A stretch of 64,000 nucleotides of DNA, from contig NC_087250.1 in the NCBI RefSeq assembly GCF_037042905.1, positions 19,594,001 to 19,658,000 of the forward strand, in the 5' to 3' direction. The notes beneath the pieces are model-generated. The model saw only the letters and a list, made by a program, of their open reading frames with translations. It was not told the DNA's origin and did not search any database. How positions within the stretch are numbered: position 1 is the first letter of the stretch; every line of letters begins with the position of its first letter. The DNA comes from Lytechinus pictus. Lineage: Eukaryota. A program made the position numbers and the translations under genes. Shown here piece by piece: positions 1 to 14,200 of the stretch.

Positions 1-1978
1 ATTGACTTTAAAAAAATCTGAGCTGGAAGGTCACACTTGTCACCTGTGTCTGTGATATGTTACAAAAATGTAGCCCAGAAAAAAATCGCGTCCGAAAATC
101 ATTATTTAGTGCTTCAAAAATTTAAATATAAAGTGACCGGAAACACCATCTTAATTTCATCCCATACACTTATGTGTTCTATTTAAGCATCTTCAAGACA
201 CCTAATTACAAACTTGGGTTTTGCCTTGTATTTTTAGCTTTTCATTCTCAATAATGGTTGTTTTCAGAGTTTTTTAGTTCTAATACATGTACTTGTACAC
301 ATGTTTCGTCTTGGTTTGAGAATTTTTTAAATCGGCTGCTCTCAAAGTTAAATTATACCTTTAATGATTAGAATATGGCAAGCTAGATGAATTCAAACTT
401 TACATTAAAAAATGTTAATTTAGTAATAATTTCCAAGAATTTAAATCTTAAATCTCTTGACAACCACATTCTGTGTGATTAAGGAATGATTCGATTTGGA
501 GAAGACATACATAATGCACACTTTGCATGTTCTGGGGCCCATCTCATAAAAAGACTTACAACTGTTGTATGGACAGGTCAGATAAGTCTGCGGAGTGCCT
601 CTTATCTGAGCACACGTATCTGCACGATTCTAATAAAAGAAGATATGCAACGACCAGAAACATTACACCCGCAATACATAGACAGATATTATTTTAAAAA
701 GCCGACTCAAAATGGTGGGAAAATATTGAATTTTCTAGCATTTCATGCGACCGCCTCAAAATACAGCTTTTTTTATCAAAAAGATCCCTGAATCGTGTTA
801 AAAATGAATGGGTGTGCAGACATGGGGCCCCCCTTTTTTTTGTTCAGTCTGAAAGTGACTCGCCAAGGTTTTTTCCCAAGAAAATCATATATTTCAAGTT
901 TTTAGGAGATATTTGGCACACTTACTCATAATAATGTAAGGAATATATCAACTAAATTATTTGTGGAATAAAGATAAATTCATGTTTAATCTCAAGTTAA
1001 ATTTTTAGGTGCGCAGACATGGAGCCCCCTGCATAACTTTGTCATGATACCAACTACCATGGTAACAGGGCTCAGCAGCCAATCAAAATCAAGGTTTCCA
1101 TTGTAGCTGCTATAATGGGAAAGCTAACATAGTTGTAACTCTTTTATGAAACTGGCCTCTGGTCTTAAGGATTGCCTCCATTTCCAGAGCCAATAATTAG
1201 TCTTTACGTACTTTGTTAACAGTCAGAGCGGAAATCCAGAAAGCGGCTTTTCATGACTAACACTTGAACTTCACCATAGACAAAACGATGGGGAATGGAG
1301 GAAATCCGCTATGAAAAGATGCAGCAGTGCTTTATAGTGGGATTTGACAAGGTATGGTAGTGGATCGAACTATTACCGAACATTTTCATGAATTCAATCA
1401 TATCAAACACACTATTCTCATAAAATTCACCAAGCTTTCACGATAAATACACAATTACCTACAAAATGTAAATATGTAAAAATCTTGCCGAAATCGTTTT
1501 TCTTTTTTAAAAATGATATTAGCTTCCAATCGGACCCCTCTTCGCATGTGAAATATTTTGGTCACCTAAAAAAGGTATCGTATTACCGAACGTGTGTTTT
1601 CTATGGGGAAAAGTTGAGAAAACAACAAAGTCACTGATGAGCTATTTTGAACATACTTTATTATTTTTAGAATAATAATACTTTGAAAATGTGTTTTTTA
1701 CCATTTTTATCATCTTTCTATTCAAGTTCCCTTTGGCAGGATGTTGCAAAGTTTTGAGCGTATGAAATTATTTTCTGACGCGTACGATGTGCGCATTCGG
1801 TAATACAAGGCCGGTCGGTAATACGATCACTCACTATGCCTTAATCAATTACAAGTATGCCATCAAAACAATCAATTAACAAGAAAATTTCCTGCAACAC
1901 CCCCTAAGATATTCGCAAACCCGTTACATGAGGGAATACTTTCATTACATTGCACACGCACACAAATAAAATTTATCT

Positions 1979-2227
1979 TCATAACGTTACGAGGACGGAA
2001 AATGATAATACAACCATATGGACTAATATACTGAAAGACAATTTAGCTGCTTTTGAACTCCCAGAAAAGGGATAAAAGAAATCGTTTGGCAGCCTAGATT
2101 CCAGTGCCGGTTTCTCTGCCCAAGAAGCAGTCGGAGAGGTGGAGGCGTCGATGAACTCCACAGACACGGAAACTTCAAAAGTTTGAACGAGAGATTCTGA
2201 TCCCTGCTGGCAGTATGGGCCTATGCA
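1979..2227 (-). CDS. TCTN1: tectonic exon 13 (terminal)
   Basis: CIGPYCQQ...VSVSVEFIDAS...LPNDFFYPF + hydrophobic tail, TGA at 1981-1979. Confidence 0.92.
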   Translation of the reverse strand, partial: CIGPYCQQGSESLVQTFEVSVSVEFIDASTSPTASWAEKPALESRLPNDFFYPFSGSSKAAKLSFSILVHMVVLSFSVLVTL

Positions 2228-5200
2228 CTGTGGAAGAGAGATAGAGGAGAGAGAGTGGGAGTAAGAGGGGAGAGGAGAGGGGGGGGGGGAGGGAGAGAAG
2301 AGGGGAAGGGTAAAGAGGGAGAGAGATGGGAAGGAGAGTGGAAGAGGAAGGGAAGGAAGAGGGAAAGAGAAGGGAAGTGGGAGGGAGAAAGAGATGGGGG
2401 GGGGGGCAGAAAAGATTTTGGGGAGATAAAAAATATACTAAGCTCTGAACTATTTTGTATAATGCTGCTGTACTTTGGCAAAAGGAAGCAAGTTACAAAA
2501 GCATCATTTGTTTTAAATGAGCAATGTGTGTTTGTCATTTACACAGGCGTCAGTGCAATTTAACAGCATATTTTCTTCATTATCTTTCCATAGAACGATA
2601 AATTCTTCCCCAAATTTTGTCGGAATGTGCAACATACAAAGGGTGTTTCAGAAACAACAATAACTCAAATTTGACTGATGTGTCACTTGCTTCCTTTTGC
2701 CAAAGTTGGGCAGTATAGGCATTACATGTAGGTAATGAAAGAACTGCATCTCTGAGAATTCAGAGTTGAAATCAATGAAGATTGGTCTTTTAAATAATTT
2801 GAATATGCACCTCCTAAAGAGCTACATGTAAGTTCCAAGAAACTAAGGAACAATTTGATTATACATGTATAAAATGTTTTTGTCTCTCTGTCTCTTTCTC
2901 TCCCTCTTTGTCTGTCTCTCTTTCTCTTATCTGTCTCTCTTGTCAATCTTACCTGATATCTAAGTGTTTGTCCGGAAGCATCAGGATAGTTATAACGGAC
3001 ACCAATAATCTTGGCCTGCGGGTTTGCTAGCGCTCCTACGTTTGCATACAGTACTTCAATGTGAAGAGACATGTACATGTTGTTGCACACTCCTTGCTCG
3101 TTGCTCTAAAAAGGTGAACAAAGATTAATTCAATTAAATTCAATTTCATTTTGTATTAAGTCTATGGTATTTACATTTACATAGAATCATTTCCTACACT
3201 AGCTTTTAAATAAAACATGAAAAGAGAAAAAAATTACACACATGCACATGACAATGCGTATAAAATTCAAGAATGTTCGCAGCATAGGGTGAATTGTACA
3301 ATCTTTTACAGATAAAACACAAGAAAACATAAATACAACAATACTTAATAAGAAATAATATCTAAGTAAACAATGAAGAAAATTGCACTCGTATACATAA
3401 ACAAGAGTGTCGCTAAGGCGAGTACATAATAATCCCGTCTGTAACACAGAAAATTGAGTTATTGGTCAAGCAAGAAAAGTAGAAGGTGGCGACTTCACCT
3501 TTGACCTTCTGGCTTCAAAATCAAGAAAATTGCTAGGATATATGCTAGTATCATACACACCAAATTATATGAGCCTAAGTTAAGTTAAACTGAAGTTATC
3601 GCGCTTACAAGGACTGCAGAAGGGTAAGATGAAAACATGTCACTGTGACCTTGACCTTTTGACCTCAAAATCAATAGGCTTCCTGGGATATCCATGCTAG
3701 TATCATACACACCAAATTATATGAGCCTAGATTCAATTAAACTGAAGTTAACGGATGGACGGACACAGAGCGTGATACCATAATACGTCCCGTCGAGACG
3801 GGCGTATAAAAATAATACGGTGAAATGACAGAGACAGAAACCAAAGGCAAGAAGAGAATGGGAATGAAAAGTATCTCTCGTGATGTAAGGGAAGTGCCTA
3901 AAACCATTCAAGGACCCCGCCCCAAACAACAAAAGACACCCATTCCCACTACAGCAGGTTTCCCACAGAAATTTGAAAACAGAATTCCATGACTTTTCAC
4001 AAATTTTCAAATTTCCCTGACTTTCCATGGCCACAAACTTTTCCAGGATTTTCCATTACTGTGAGCACCCTGCTATAGGCCCGAGATCCTAAGACTTCAA
4101 GACTACATTGCCAATACTCTTACCACAGGGTTACTCGAGATTGGGTCCTCAAAGATCTCGACCCAGTCACCTACGACCTCAGGAAGTGAATTGCCAAAGG
4201 TCGCGACATGGCTTGGATGATCACCGTTGAGGGCGTTTAATGCGGTTGCTTGAATCAAGCCACATATGTCCGAAACACTCTCATATGAAACTCTGTAAAG
4301 ATTAGAACAGTGATAGATATTTTATTATGAATAGTAACGCAGAGAGACTTTGAATTTTGCTAGAATTTAATTTGGATTCTTCCGATTTTCATCAAACCTA
4401 CACCAACATCCTTATCAAAGTTTAATCCTCGCTATCGACAATAACCCAAAATTCCTGGATGTAGCTCAGGCCGTTTACTTGTGGGAGCAAGTAACTTCCG
4501 GTAGCTTGATCAAGGTAAGACTTATTATATAAAGCAAAGGGGATATTCACAATTTGCAAGTTTTACAATGATTCCTCCTTGAAATGGAAGAAGAGGTTAT
4601 TGAATGCGGGTCGAAAGCGGAAGCAACTAGACTAGTGCCAGCTAGAGTACAAATAGACTAGAAGTTATTGGATCACACATCATTGAATAAGAAGTAGAAT
4701 TTCTACTTCGAGTTCAGGGCACAAGTGAATGGTAAATTCATGGCGTGCGCTTCATTCAGGAACTTTTGGTTTTGGTTTGAGTCGATCGCGAAAATCGCTG
4801 GGGTGAATTTCTCTTCAAAGGGTTACGATTATGTGGCTTATTATCATTATCATTAAATGGTGACTTTCATTATGAAACATACAAATCCAATCAAGATACT
4901 TCTCAGAATCCTGCTACATATGCACATAGATTAGAAAACTATAAAATGTCTATTTTAAACATATACCGTATGGTGCATCCGCTGCGTAAATTCTCTCCAA
5001 ACGTGATGGGAAGACGCGAATCCGTGTCGTTTACGCATGTTCCGTCGGCAGAGCTTCGGACAACCGTCAGCCAGCTGTCAGGATCCGTACCTATAGATAT
5101 TGCCTGCGTAAAACTTAGGTTAAGGATAATTGCATTAACAGAGCTTTGCAGATTACCTGTAAATAGTGGATAACATACCAATCAATTTTCTTTGTGAAAA

Positions 5201-8200
5201 TTTAATCGACAGCTGATATTATAGCGATTTCTATATTACAGCACAAATTGAAAGGGTACAACAAAACTCCTGGACAATGGTAAGGACAGTGAGGCCAATA
5301 AAAAGGCCACCCAAAGCCATAGAAATCACTGTTCATGGATTGATTTGTCCCTCACAAGACCTCAACATTTTTTGCAATTAATTAGTACCGTGAAAAGCTC
5401 ACTACTAGGCCAAAAAAATGTACTTTGTATTATTGTAAAATGTATTTATCATTTTACTTTTATTGATTTAAATAAAGCAATTGTTTTGCTTATGATTGAC
5501 ATACATGCAATGCTGGCAACTATTCACCTAAATACCTAAGAAATTTTGAAAGCTATAAACTTCATTAGAAAGTCTGCTGATATCGCCACTTATTTTTTGT
5601 TATTTTACATTCAAGAATAATACTACAGAGAGTTTCTAGCCAAACAGCAGTTTAGAAGCATATTCAAAATTTACAACTGAATTCAAATTTAATGCATGAA
5701 TAAGGGATAATCAGTTTAATCAAAAACAAATTTGAATGATTTGGAAATAAAATATACAATTTTGTCAGATTACTACATAGGTGACGGGCATGCCAGTTTC
5801 TTCTGTGACCATGTGATCAATAGCTGATATCTTTCCAACCTCCAAAATACCCCAATTAGGGTTATGCCCTGGAGTTCAGTAAAGGATATTTGATACTCTC
5901 GTCTGGTTGAATCTCTTCCACGAGGTTCCCTGCCATTATCGGTTGTCCAATCATGTAGCCAGGATTACCGCTACGGGGGTACACATCTATCTCATCACGC
6001 TGTGTGAAGAGAGAGAAACAGAGAGTGAGATAAAGAGCAGAGAAAGCGAGACCATAGATAAAGATTAAAAAAAAAAAAGAAGGAAAGTGACAGATAGAGA
6101 TGGAAACAGAACAAGTGGTAGTCTCGCCTGCATTACGCCATTCAATATAGCAGCAGTGATGACTTTCAAAACAGCAATTGAATAATTATTCACAAAAGAA
6201 AACACTCATATAACAAAATACTATGTCAATTGACCTAAAATTACCTTTGACCATGATCATGTGATCTAAGACGTGTGCAAAACAATCATTTATACCTGAT
6301 TACCCTTATGTCTGTTTCATGAACTAGATCCATTAACTTTCTAAGTCATGATGCAAAGTCAACAAATACCTCCAACATGGCCAAAGTTCATTGACCCTAA
6401 ATGACCTTTGACCTTAATCATGACAAGAACCACACATGAAGGAGAAAGAAAAACAGAGAGAGAAAGAGGGAGAAAGACAGACAGGCACTGAAACATACAA
6501 AGACAGAAATGGGGTAAATTTAGGACTGACTCACCTTCACAAACTCTGTAGAGAATGTCTGTGATGGGTTCAGGTCATTTGAGGTCAATGACCCCAGTAG
6601 AAGCTCGACCTCTACTTCCTCTATGCCATCTGTTGAATTGTGGGTAATGATGTATTTGACCTAGGAAGAGAAAAGATAGAAATGAAGTAACCTTTTCTCA
6701 TTACGGCTCTGATGGAAATGTGGCTCAGTCAGTACAAAAGTAGGAAAATAGATATCAATTTGTAAAATGTCAACCCATTAAAAATTAAATTTTCATCAAT
6801 ATGTCAACTTCTTTTTTATCAAAGCAGGCTTTTATCAAAGCAGGCAACAACATCCCCTCCCCTTTTCATTAAATCAGAATCAGAGTCTCAACAGGCTACC
6901 CTTCACCTATTCAAACTCTAAAATTATGGATAGAAAATTTGCATGTCATCCATGGAAAAATTACATAGGGACTCGGGCCGATTTCGCCCCTGATGTGCTC
7001 ATAAGAGCTCCAGAAAATTGTCATTCACTCATGTATTAAGGCCTGGGGGCCGTTTCATAAAGCTGTTCGTAAGTTAAGAGCGACTTTAAGAACGACTGGT
7101 GAACCTTTCTTACGCGCTAAACCATCGCCAATGGTGTATACCATTTACAGAAAAAAAGGATCACCAGTCGTTCTTAAAGTCGCTCTTAACTTACGAACAG
7201 CTTTATGAAACACCCACCAGGTCCCACTGGCCGACGAACATAAAACGTATTCATATCGGATACAGCGGACAAGCAGAATTTCAGGGTGGTACCATCCGTT
7301 TTCATCCGCTCCAGACAATGGACAAAATGGGCGAACAATGAAATCACAATGGACGGATGCTTGATGGATATAGAGCGTATGAGACACGTATGCAAAGAAT
7401 ACACAACGGATACAAAACGTTTTCCAACAGATAACAAGATTCTTTACTGTTGTTGCATTCGTAAGTTACGGTGGGACCAAGCCTTTAAACTAAGCTTGTC
7501 CAATGCAGCGGATTAAGCAGTAGGTTGTAAAAAGTAGCTCTAGAAAATAGAAAAATAATTTTTGCCTGATGCCATTTGATTATTCATCTCACTTTTAGCG
7601 TCATGTCTGGGAACTGTTTCACAAAGATGCAAAATTAATCACAACTTTATAATCGACTTTAAGGTGGTAAGCAATTACCATTCAGCTCAATTGATGATAT
7701 ATCCATTATTAACTATTTGAAAGTACATGTAAGAAAATGAATATAAAATTAATGTTCTCAATTTAAAGTAGTAAAAGCAGATTTATTTATCTTGATATTT
7801 TGGAAGCTGTGTGCTTCTAAATCAGCATCATGTAAAATTGATAATAACCTTACGATCAACTGGAAGGTGGGAAGAAATTCTCATTCAGTTAAATATTCAT
7901 TATTCAGTTATTTGAAAGTATGAAAATGATTACAAAATTAATGTTGCCAATTTGAGACCTAAAAGCAGATTTATTTATCTTGATATTTTGGAAGCTGTGT
8001 TCCTCAAATCAGCATTATGTAAAATTTATAATAACCTTACGATCAACTGGAAGGTGGGAAGAAATTATCATTCAGTTAAATATTCATTATTCAGTTATTT
8101 GAAAGTATGAAAATGACTACAAAATTGATGTTGCCAATTTGAGACGTAAAAGCAGATTTATTTATCTTGATATTTTGGAAGCTGTGTTCCTCTAATCAGC

Positions 8201-11200
8201 ATTATGTAAAATTAATTACAACCTTACGATCAACTGGAAAATGGAAATCATTTGAAAGTATGAAAATAAATACAAAATCAATTACTTTTGACAAACTGAA
8301 AAGCAAAAGAAGATTAATTCATCTTGATATTTTGGAAGCTGTGTGCCTCTAATCAGCATCCCATAAGTAAAAGGGGAATCCAACCTTGGTCCTAAAATAT
8401 TGTTACAGAGAAACAAAAAACAGAATGGTGAAAGTCTGTACCTTGGATGAGCAATAAGAAAGTTACGGCTGTTTTAAAATTTAGATCCCTATCAAGACTA
8501 TGCGTATTTCAAATTGGCAATTGGATAAGTCTCCGAACTATGAACCACAAGGTCCGGGGTTCAAATCCCAACACAGCACTCTCGTCCTTTGACGTTTATC
8601 TACATTTGTCACTCTTCACCCAGGTGTAGTAAATGGGTACCCGGCAGGAAGGAATTCATTGAATGCTCATGCGCCCGATCAGGGTAGCCGTGCTAAAGCT
8701 GGGGTAAAAGAAACATTTGTATTAAGCGCTATATAAATGTTGCATATTATTATTAAAAATGACAAGTGGTAGGGACGTTCCCATACTGTTTGTCCGATAT
8801 TTTTCAAGCTTTCACCCATCTACCTGCCTGATTTTTCATTTTCCTCTAAAAACAACTTATTATTTGTGTGGATTCCCCTTTAAATCTTCTCTCTTCTTCT
8901 TGTTTGGTTTGGCTGGCAACCAGTCAAGAAATTACTATTTTTGCCACTGCTTTTTTGAGCTTTTTTCTTTGAAAGGATGAAAAGCTTCTTTCCATTCATT
9001 TTTTTTGTTCTATTTTATTTTCTTTTCCCCCCTTTTTTTGTTTTCTTTTGTTCTTTCTTTTTTTCTGTTTCTGTTTTCCTTTACCCCTTTTCTTTTTTTT
9101 TCTTCTCTTCTCTTTTCATTTCTTTTCATTTTTTTTTCTTTCCTTTCCTTTCCTTTGCTTGTTATTTCCTTTTCTTTTTTTCTTCTCCTTTTATCTTCTG
9201 TAATTTTTTTTCTTCTCATGAGCAAAGTAGATTGGCCTTACCTCAAGGACCACATCCTCACAAGTTTCGCTTGATTCATTATACATCGGGAACGGGACCT
9301 CGTCCATCGTGAAGTTGCAGTCCACCACGAAACCGAAGACGATCCTGCACAGGACCGGCAATCGGACCGAGATATTCACGAGACCTGGCTCGCTGTAGAA
9401 GGGATAGTCCGTGACAGGGACGAGAGTCGTGAACTGATCAATGACGGTTGCGTTGGGACCCAATGTGGCATTGCCGGAGTCTGGGGTTGCGGTGGTCACA
9501 TCGGGTGGGGTTGTTGGCATAGAGGTCGTCTCGGGGAGGGCGGTTGTGGCGTTGACTAGGATAGGAGCAGGGAGTGGGTTTTCTTGAAGGAAATTGGGCG
9601 TCTGGAGAATGAGCAGGTGAAAAAAATCAAATAGGGTTAGATATCGTGTACAGGTATTGTGGTCTACTCGGGATGATCGTCTCAAGACTATAGGTCATAA
9701 GGTTTGGGATTCAATTCCCATCTTGGCACTAACATCCTTTGGCAAGATGTTGTTATGCTGCTTTTCCCCCATTTCTTTCTTTCTATAATATATATATTTT
9801 TTAATATCTTCATATTGATAAAATTTCTTGAAAATTTTGCAAAGCCATTTCTCTCCTTTTTATAATTACACCCTTGGCCAAAAGTGTAACTGAAATTTTC
9901 TTAGTGTAAGCAATGTAATAAGTGTAATTATGTACACAAATATCCATAGTCCATGGTGTCATACCATGATACAATTCAAACGTCTTTTGAGAATACAGAT
10001 CTACAAGATTAAATACAGCCAAAGTTCCTTTTAACAATAGTGTTTTCGACCTTAGAAGAATACCGTCACTGCCTATATTTTCTATTTTATCTCAAAGTGC
10101 TTTGTATCTCGCAGAAAAGACACCATGTAAATATGGACTATTATTATCATTATCATTAATGCACTTACCGCAATGACCTTGAACCCATCATAGTATGTCT
10201 TGGCAGATAAGAACGGTTGCTGTCCACAATCTGTTTCAAGACTGGTAAGCACACGAGTGCATGTTACACTCTGATCGTGTAAATATGCTGTAAGGCAAAA
10301 ATATGATATGTCTCTCAATCGGTAAATTGCCAATTCGTCTATTGCCAACTCGTCCACATATCTACCATGAGACACGCCTACCACTACCACTCTCTTATTT
10401 CTGACGACCGTATCTCACAACTCTCCAGTTTTTCCCCAATTAAGTTTATAATTCATAGAATTGCAAGGAAAATGATATTTATTCAATCCCCAAATTTTAT
10501 GAAAATCATAAAATGTCTTTGTATAGCAGATTGCTTTATATCGAACTGTACAGATCGATGGTGAGAGCTTTTCTTATACGCAGTGACACAACATGTAATC
10601 CTCCGAAATTTGCTCCAGGCTGAATATCTCAGAGGGTATTGGTTTTTGAGTTAGGATTGTAATCGAGTTTTTGATTCAGAATAATACAAAGATTAAAGAT
10701 TGGAGTTTATTTAGTTTTGGAGGTTGGGTTTTACGCTCGGCTCAACTTGTAGATTTCCCATCGGAGCAATTGTCGCCAAAGCAAATGTCATAAAACCCTC
10801 ACATGACAAAAAGGCTATTATTCCGTCATATGTTTTGAACATATACTAGTGATCGAAGGACACAGAAAGTGCAGTTTAGAAAACGGAAATCTTGAGACGC
10901 CACATAAAGGTTATACGAACCTGCAGGGTTGTTGTCGTCACAAACATCCGATGTTAGCCCTCTTGGTAGCCCGAGTCGCCCTAGGGCTAGTGAGTCATAC
11001 AATGTGTAGATTACATCTCCAGACTGAGTGAAAGAGAGAGAAGGAAAAGAAATGAATAATTTTTTAGTTAATATCGTTAAGGTGCTCTTACTCAAATGAG
11101 TGCACATTCATTGTTCATTTCTCTTTCTAGTTCAAGACCTTTCGTAGAATGTGAGCGGTTACATGCAATCTTGCCTTCTGTATTGTTTCAAAGGACACCT

Positions 11201-14200
11201 CAATTTTGAAATAAGTCAAGCTTCTGTGTCTGGTTGTTAGAGTTCCTACACTATATCATCATTAGGAGCTGCATCATCATCATCCTTATCATCGTTGTCA
11301 TCATTATTATCATCATTATCATCATCACCATCATCATCCTCCTCCTCCTCCTCATTATAATCATCATCAATCGGCATCATTGTCATCATCATCATTAATC
11401 ATCATCATCTTCATCATCATCATCTTCATCATCACCATCCTCATCATCATCCTCATCATGCTCATCATCATCATCATCATCATAATCATCAATATCATCA
11501 TCATCTTCATCATCATTAATCATCATCATCATCACCCTCATCATCTTCATCATTATAAATCATCATCATCATTCATCATCATAATTGAAAGTACTGCGGT
11601 CATAATTATCATTATTACATTAATTGATTTAATGCAAATTATAAAAGAATAAAGTAAAGCTAATCACCTTATAAAAATCACTATAGGTCACATTTGTATC
11701 CTCTGACGGCTTGGCATACGATGTTGACCCATACTGATCACTAAGCTCATAGAAACGTTCAACCGTCTCAACTGCCTGGGATACAGTATAGAAATTCCTT
11801 TGAGCATCTGGAAAACAAAATAAACTTATTGGTATTAGGATGGGAAAAGGGGTAAACTTCATCCTTTACTACAATATGTTGGAATAAAACAGTTACAAAG
11901 TGGAGAAGGTTTAGGGTTCACCATGTGTAATATGAAGAAGGGAAGGAAATACAGGCAGAAAAATTGAAATGGAAAGACGAGAAAGGATGAAAAGAGGAAA
12001 TTAGAAGTACTCCTGAAGACGGACAGTCAACCTGCCCGAAACGTCAAGTAACCTCTCTTCACTTCAACCTGCTACTACTCATACCATCGCTACTCAAGCC
12101 ACATTCAGCTCATCTCATCTGGTTTACAGTCCTTTTCAGGACTTCGCTCATTTTCAAGAATAGAATACTTCTAATTTCCTCTTTTCATCCTTTCTCGTCT
12201 TTCCATTTCTATTTTTCTGCCTGTATTTCCTCCCCTTCTTCATATTACACATGTTGAACCCTAACCTTCTCCACGTTATAAACTCCACCATGCAAACCTA
12301 TTAACCTACAAAGATCATCGAATAGAACAGTTTCAGATGATGTGACATTAGAGGGCATAACAATGGGAAACCTGTGTATTAGAACATAAACACAATGGCC
12401 TGAATTCACAAAGGTGGTTTGAAAACCCACGGTTGAAATTGAATCCATGGTTTATGCAGATTTCCTGTATAAATTACGCTTAATTTAGCGCGTATCGGGC
12501 GCGTGAATAAAAAATGTCCAATGCTGATGCGAGCTTTTGTCACAGTGCGCCAAATTGATGCCTGTTACCATGGTTAGATACGCTATTTTATTCATGAGAC
12601 CACTATTTGAAGAGTGGACTCATTATTCAAAACGGTGGACTCATGAATAAAATAGCGTGGATAACCATGGCAACAGGCTTCAAATTTGCGCACTGTGACA
12701 AAAGCGCACATCAGCATTGGACATTTTTTGATATGCGCGGTAAAATAAGCGTAGTTTATACAGGAAATCTGCATAAACCATGGGCTCAACCGTGGGTTTT
12801 CAAAACCACCTTTGTGAATTCGCGCCAATGGTTTTCATTAATTTTATTGTTGCACTCCAACACATCTGCTTCTGGGAAGGTTCTATACACGATGGCCAGA
12901 GTGTAACGTGTACCAATCCCCCTAAAAAAGCATATTTTGCTCTATTTTCTATTCTTTTTTGCAGGATTTTTTCACTTTATTCAAATCATTTTTTTTCTTC
13001 AAATATTACTTCCATGCAAGCACCTATGAAAGGTGTGTTTCATATCCTCTGTATGCTTAAATCACAGTTTTGACCCAGAAAACAAATATTATGATAATAG
13101 TAATGTCAAACAGTCAAATAGTAATGTCAAAGTCACACGAGGTGCCGTGGCGAAGTGATCTAGGGCACCAGACCAGACCATGAAAGTCTGGGGTTCGATT
13201 CCCGGCATGGCCCTTGACCAAAGCATTTTTATCTATCGCGCTTTTATCATAATAATATAATTTTTTAGGCGCCATATCTATCTCGTAAGGAAAAAAAAAT
13301 GTCAAAGTACTAGATTGAAATCAAATATCGACCAAGGTCACATATACAAAGGTTTATAGCAATTAATTGATTTTCATGACTAAATTGTACACTGCAAGCA
13401 ATGCAATCAATCGTAAGAAAAATGTTCTACGATGATATGCGAAGCTTTGTGTTACAGGCTCCAACACTACTCACAGTTATCTCTGGTGATGCAGAATAGG
13501 CTTGGGTCCGTCACATCCACAGTCTCAGGCTCAGCATTGTTGGTGAAGATTACTGAGCTCCTTAGACAAACCTTGTCCTCAACACTAATACAAAAATAGA
13601 AAGAGAGAGAGTAATAATAATAATAATAACGGTATATTTACCCAGGGTAGCCACTTCAGTTCCGAAAACTGTTCTCACAGCGGGACCTGCATTATTATTA
13701 CCATGGCTAAGCTGGGCTACCAATTCAGGTACACACAGCTTTGTGCACACAGAGTGAGAGAAAGAGTCAGGCAGAGAGGCGGGGAGTCACAAAGAATAAG
13801 AGAGATTCAGACAGAGAGTTGGAGAGTCGGGGAGAGAGAGAGTTGGAGAGTCGGGGAGAGGGAGAGAGAATAAAGGGAAGAGGGAATGGTTAATGGTTAC
13901 TTTAGATATAATTATTATCTGAGGGTTGACTGGAAATTTTCTTGTGTTTGACCTCAAAAAAATATTAAATGGAAGATAGAGAAGGGTTTCAGGGGGCCGT
14001 TTCATAAAGCTGTTCTTAGGTTAAGAGCGACTTTAAGAACAACTGGTGATCCTTTCTTACGCGCTAAACCGTCGCCAATGAATATACCATTTACCGGAAA
14101 TTCGCAATGCCTCGTGGGGAAAAATTTGACATCTGTTCCGTGTGCTAGTTCTTAAGTGCATACAAGCATGCGATTATCGGCGTTGGCCGATGCGGCTCGA

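Noticed and set aside
486..791. 101-aa ORF
   Set aside because: No recognisable motif or splice context; lies in repeat-like DNA downstream of tectonic.
1634..1655. CTGATGA as another hammerhead core
   Set aside because: No stem II or GAAA follows.
5891..5897. GT donor (gtatca) for tectonic exon 9
   Set aside because: Weak match, and phase 1 is incompatible with the nearest AG; the U12 donor 7 nt away has a matching branch point and AC.
8977..9312. Phe-rich membrane-like ORFs (also 26092-26500 and 2221-2563)
   Set aside because: Polypyrimidine/polypurine low-complexity tracts.
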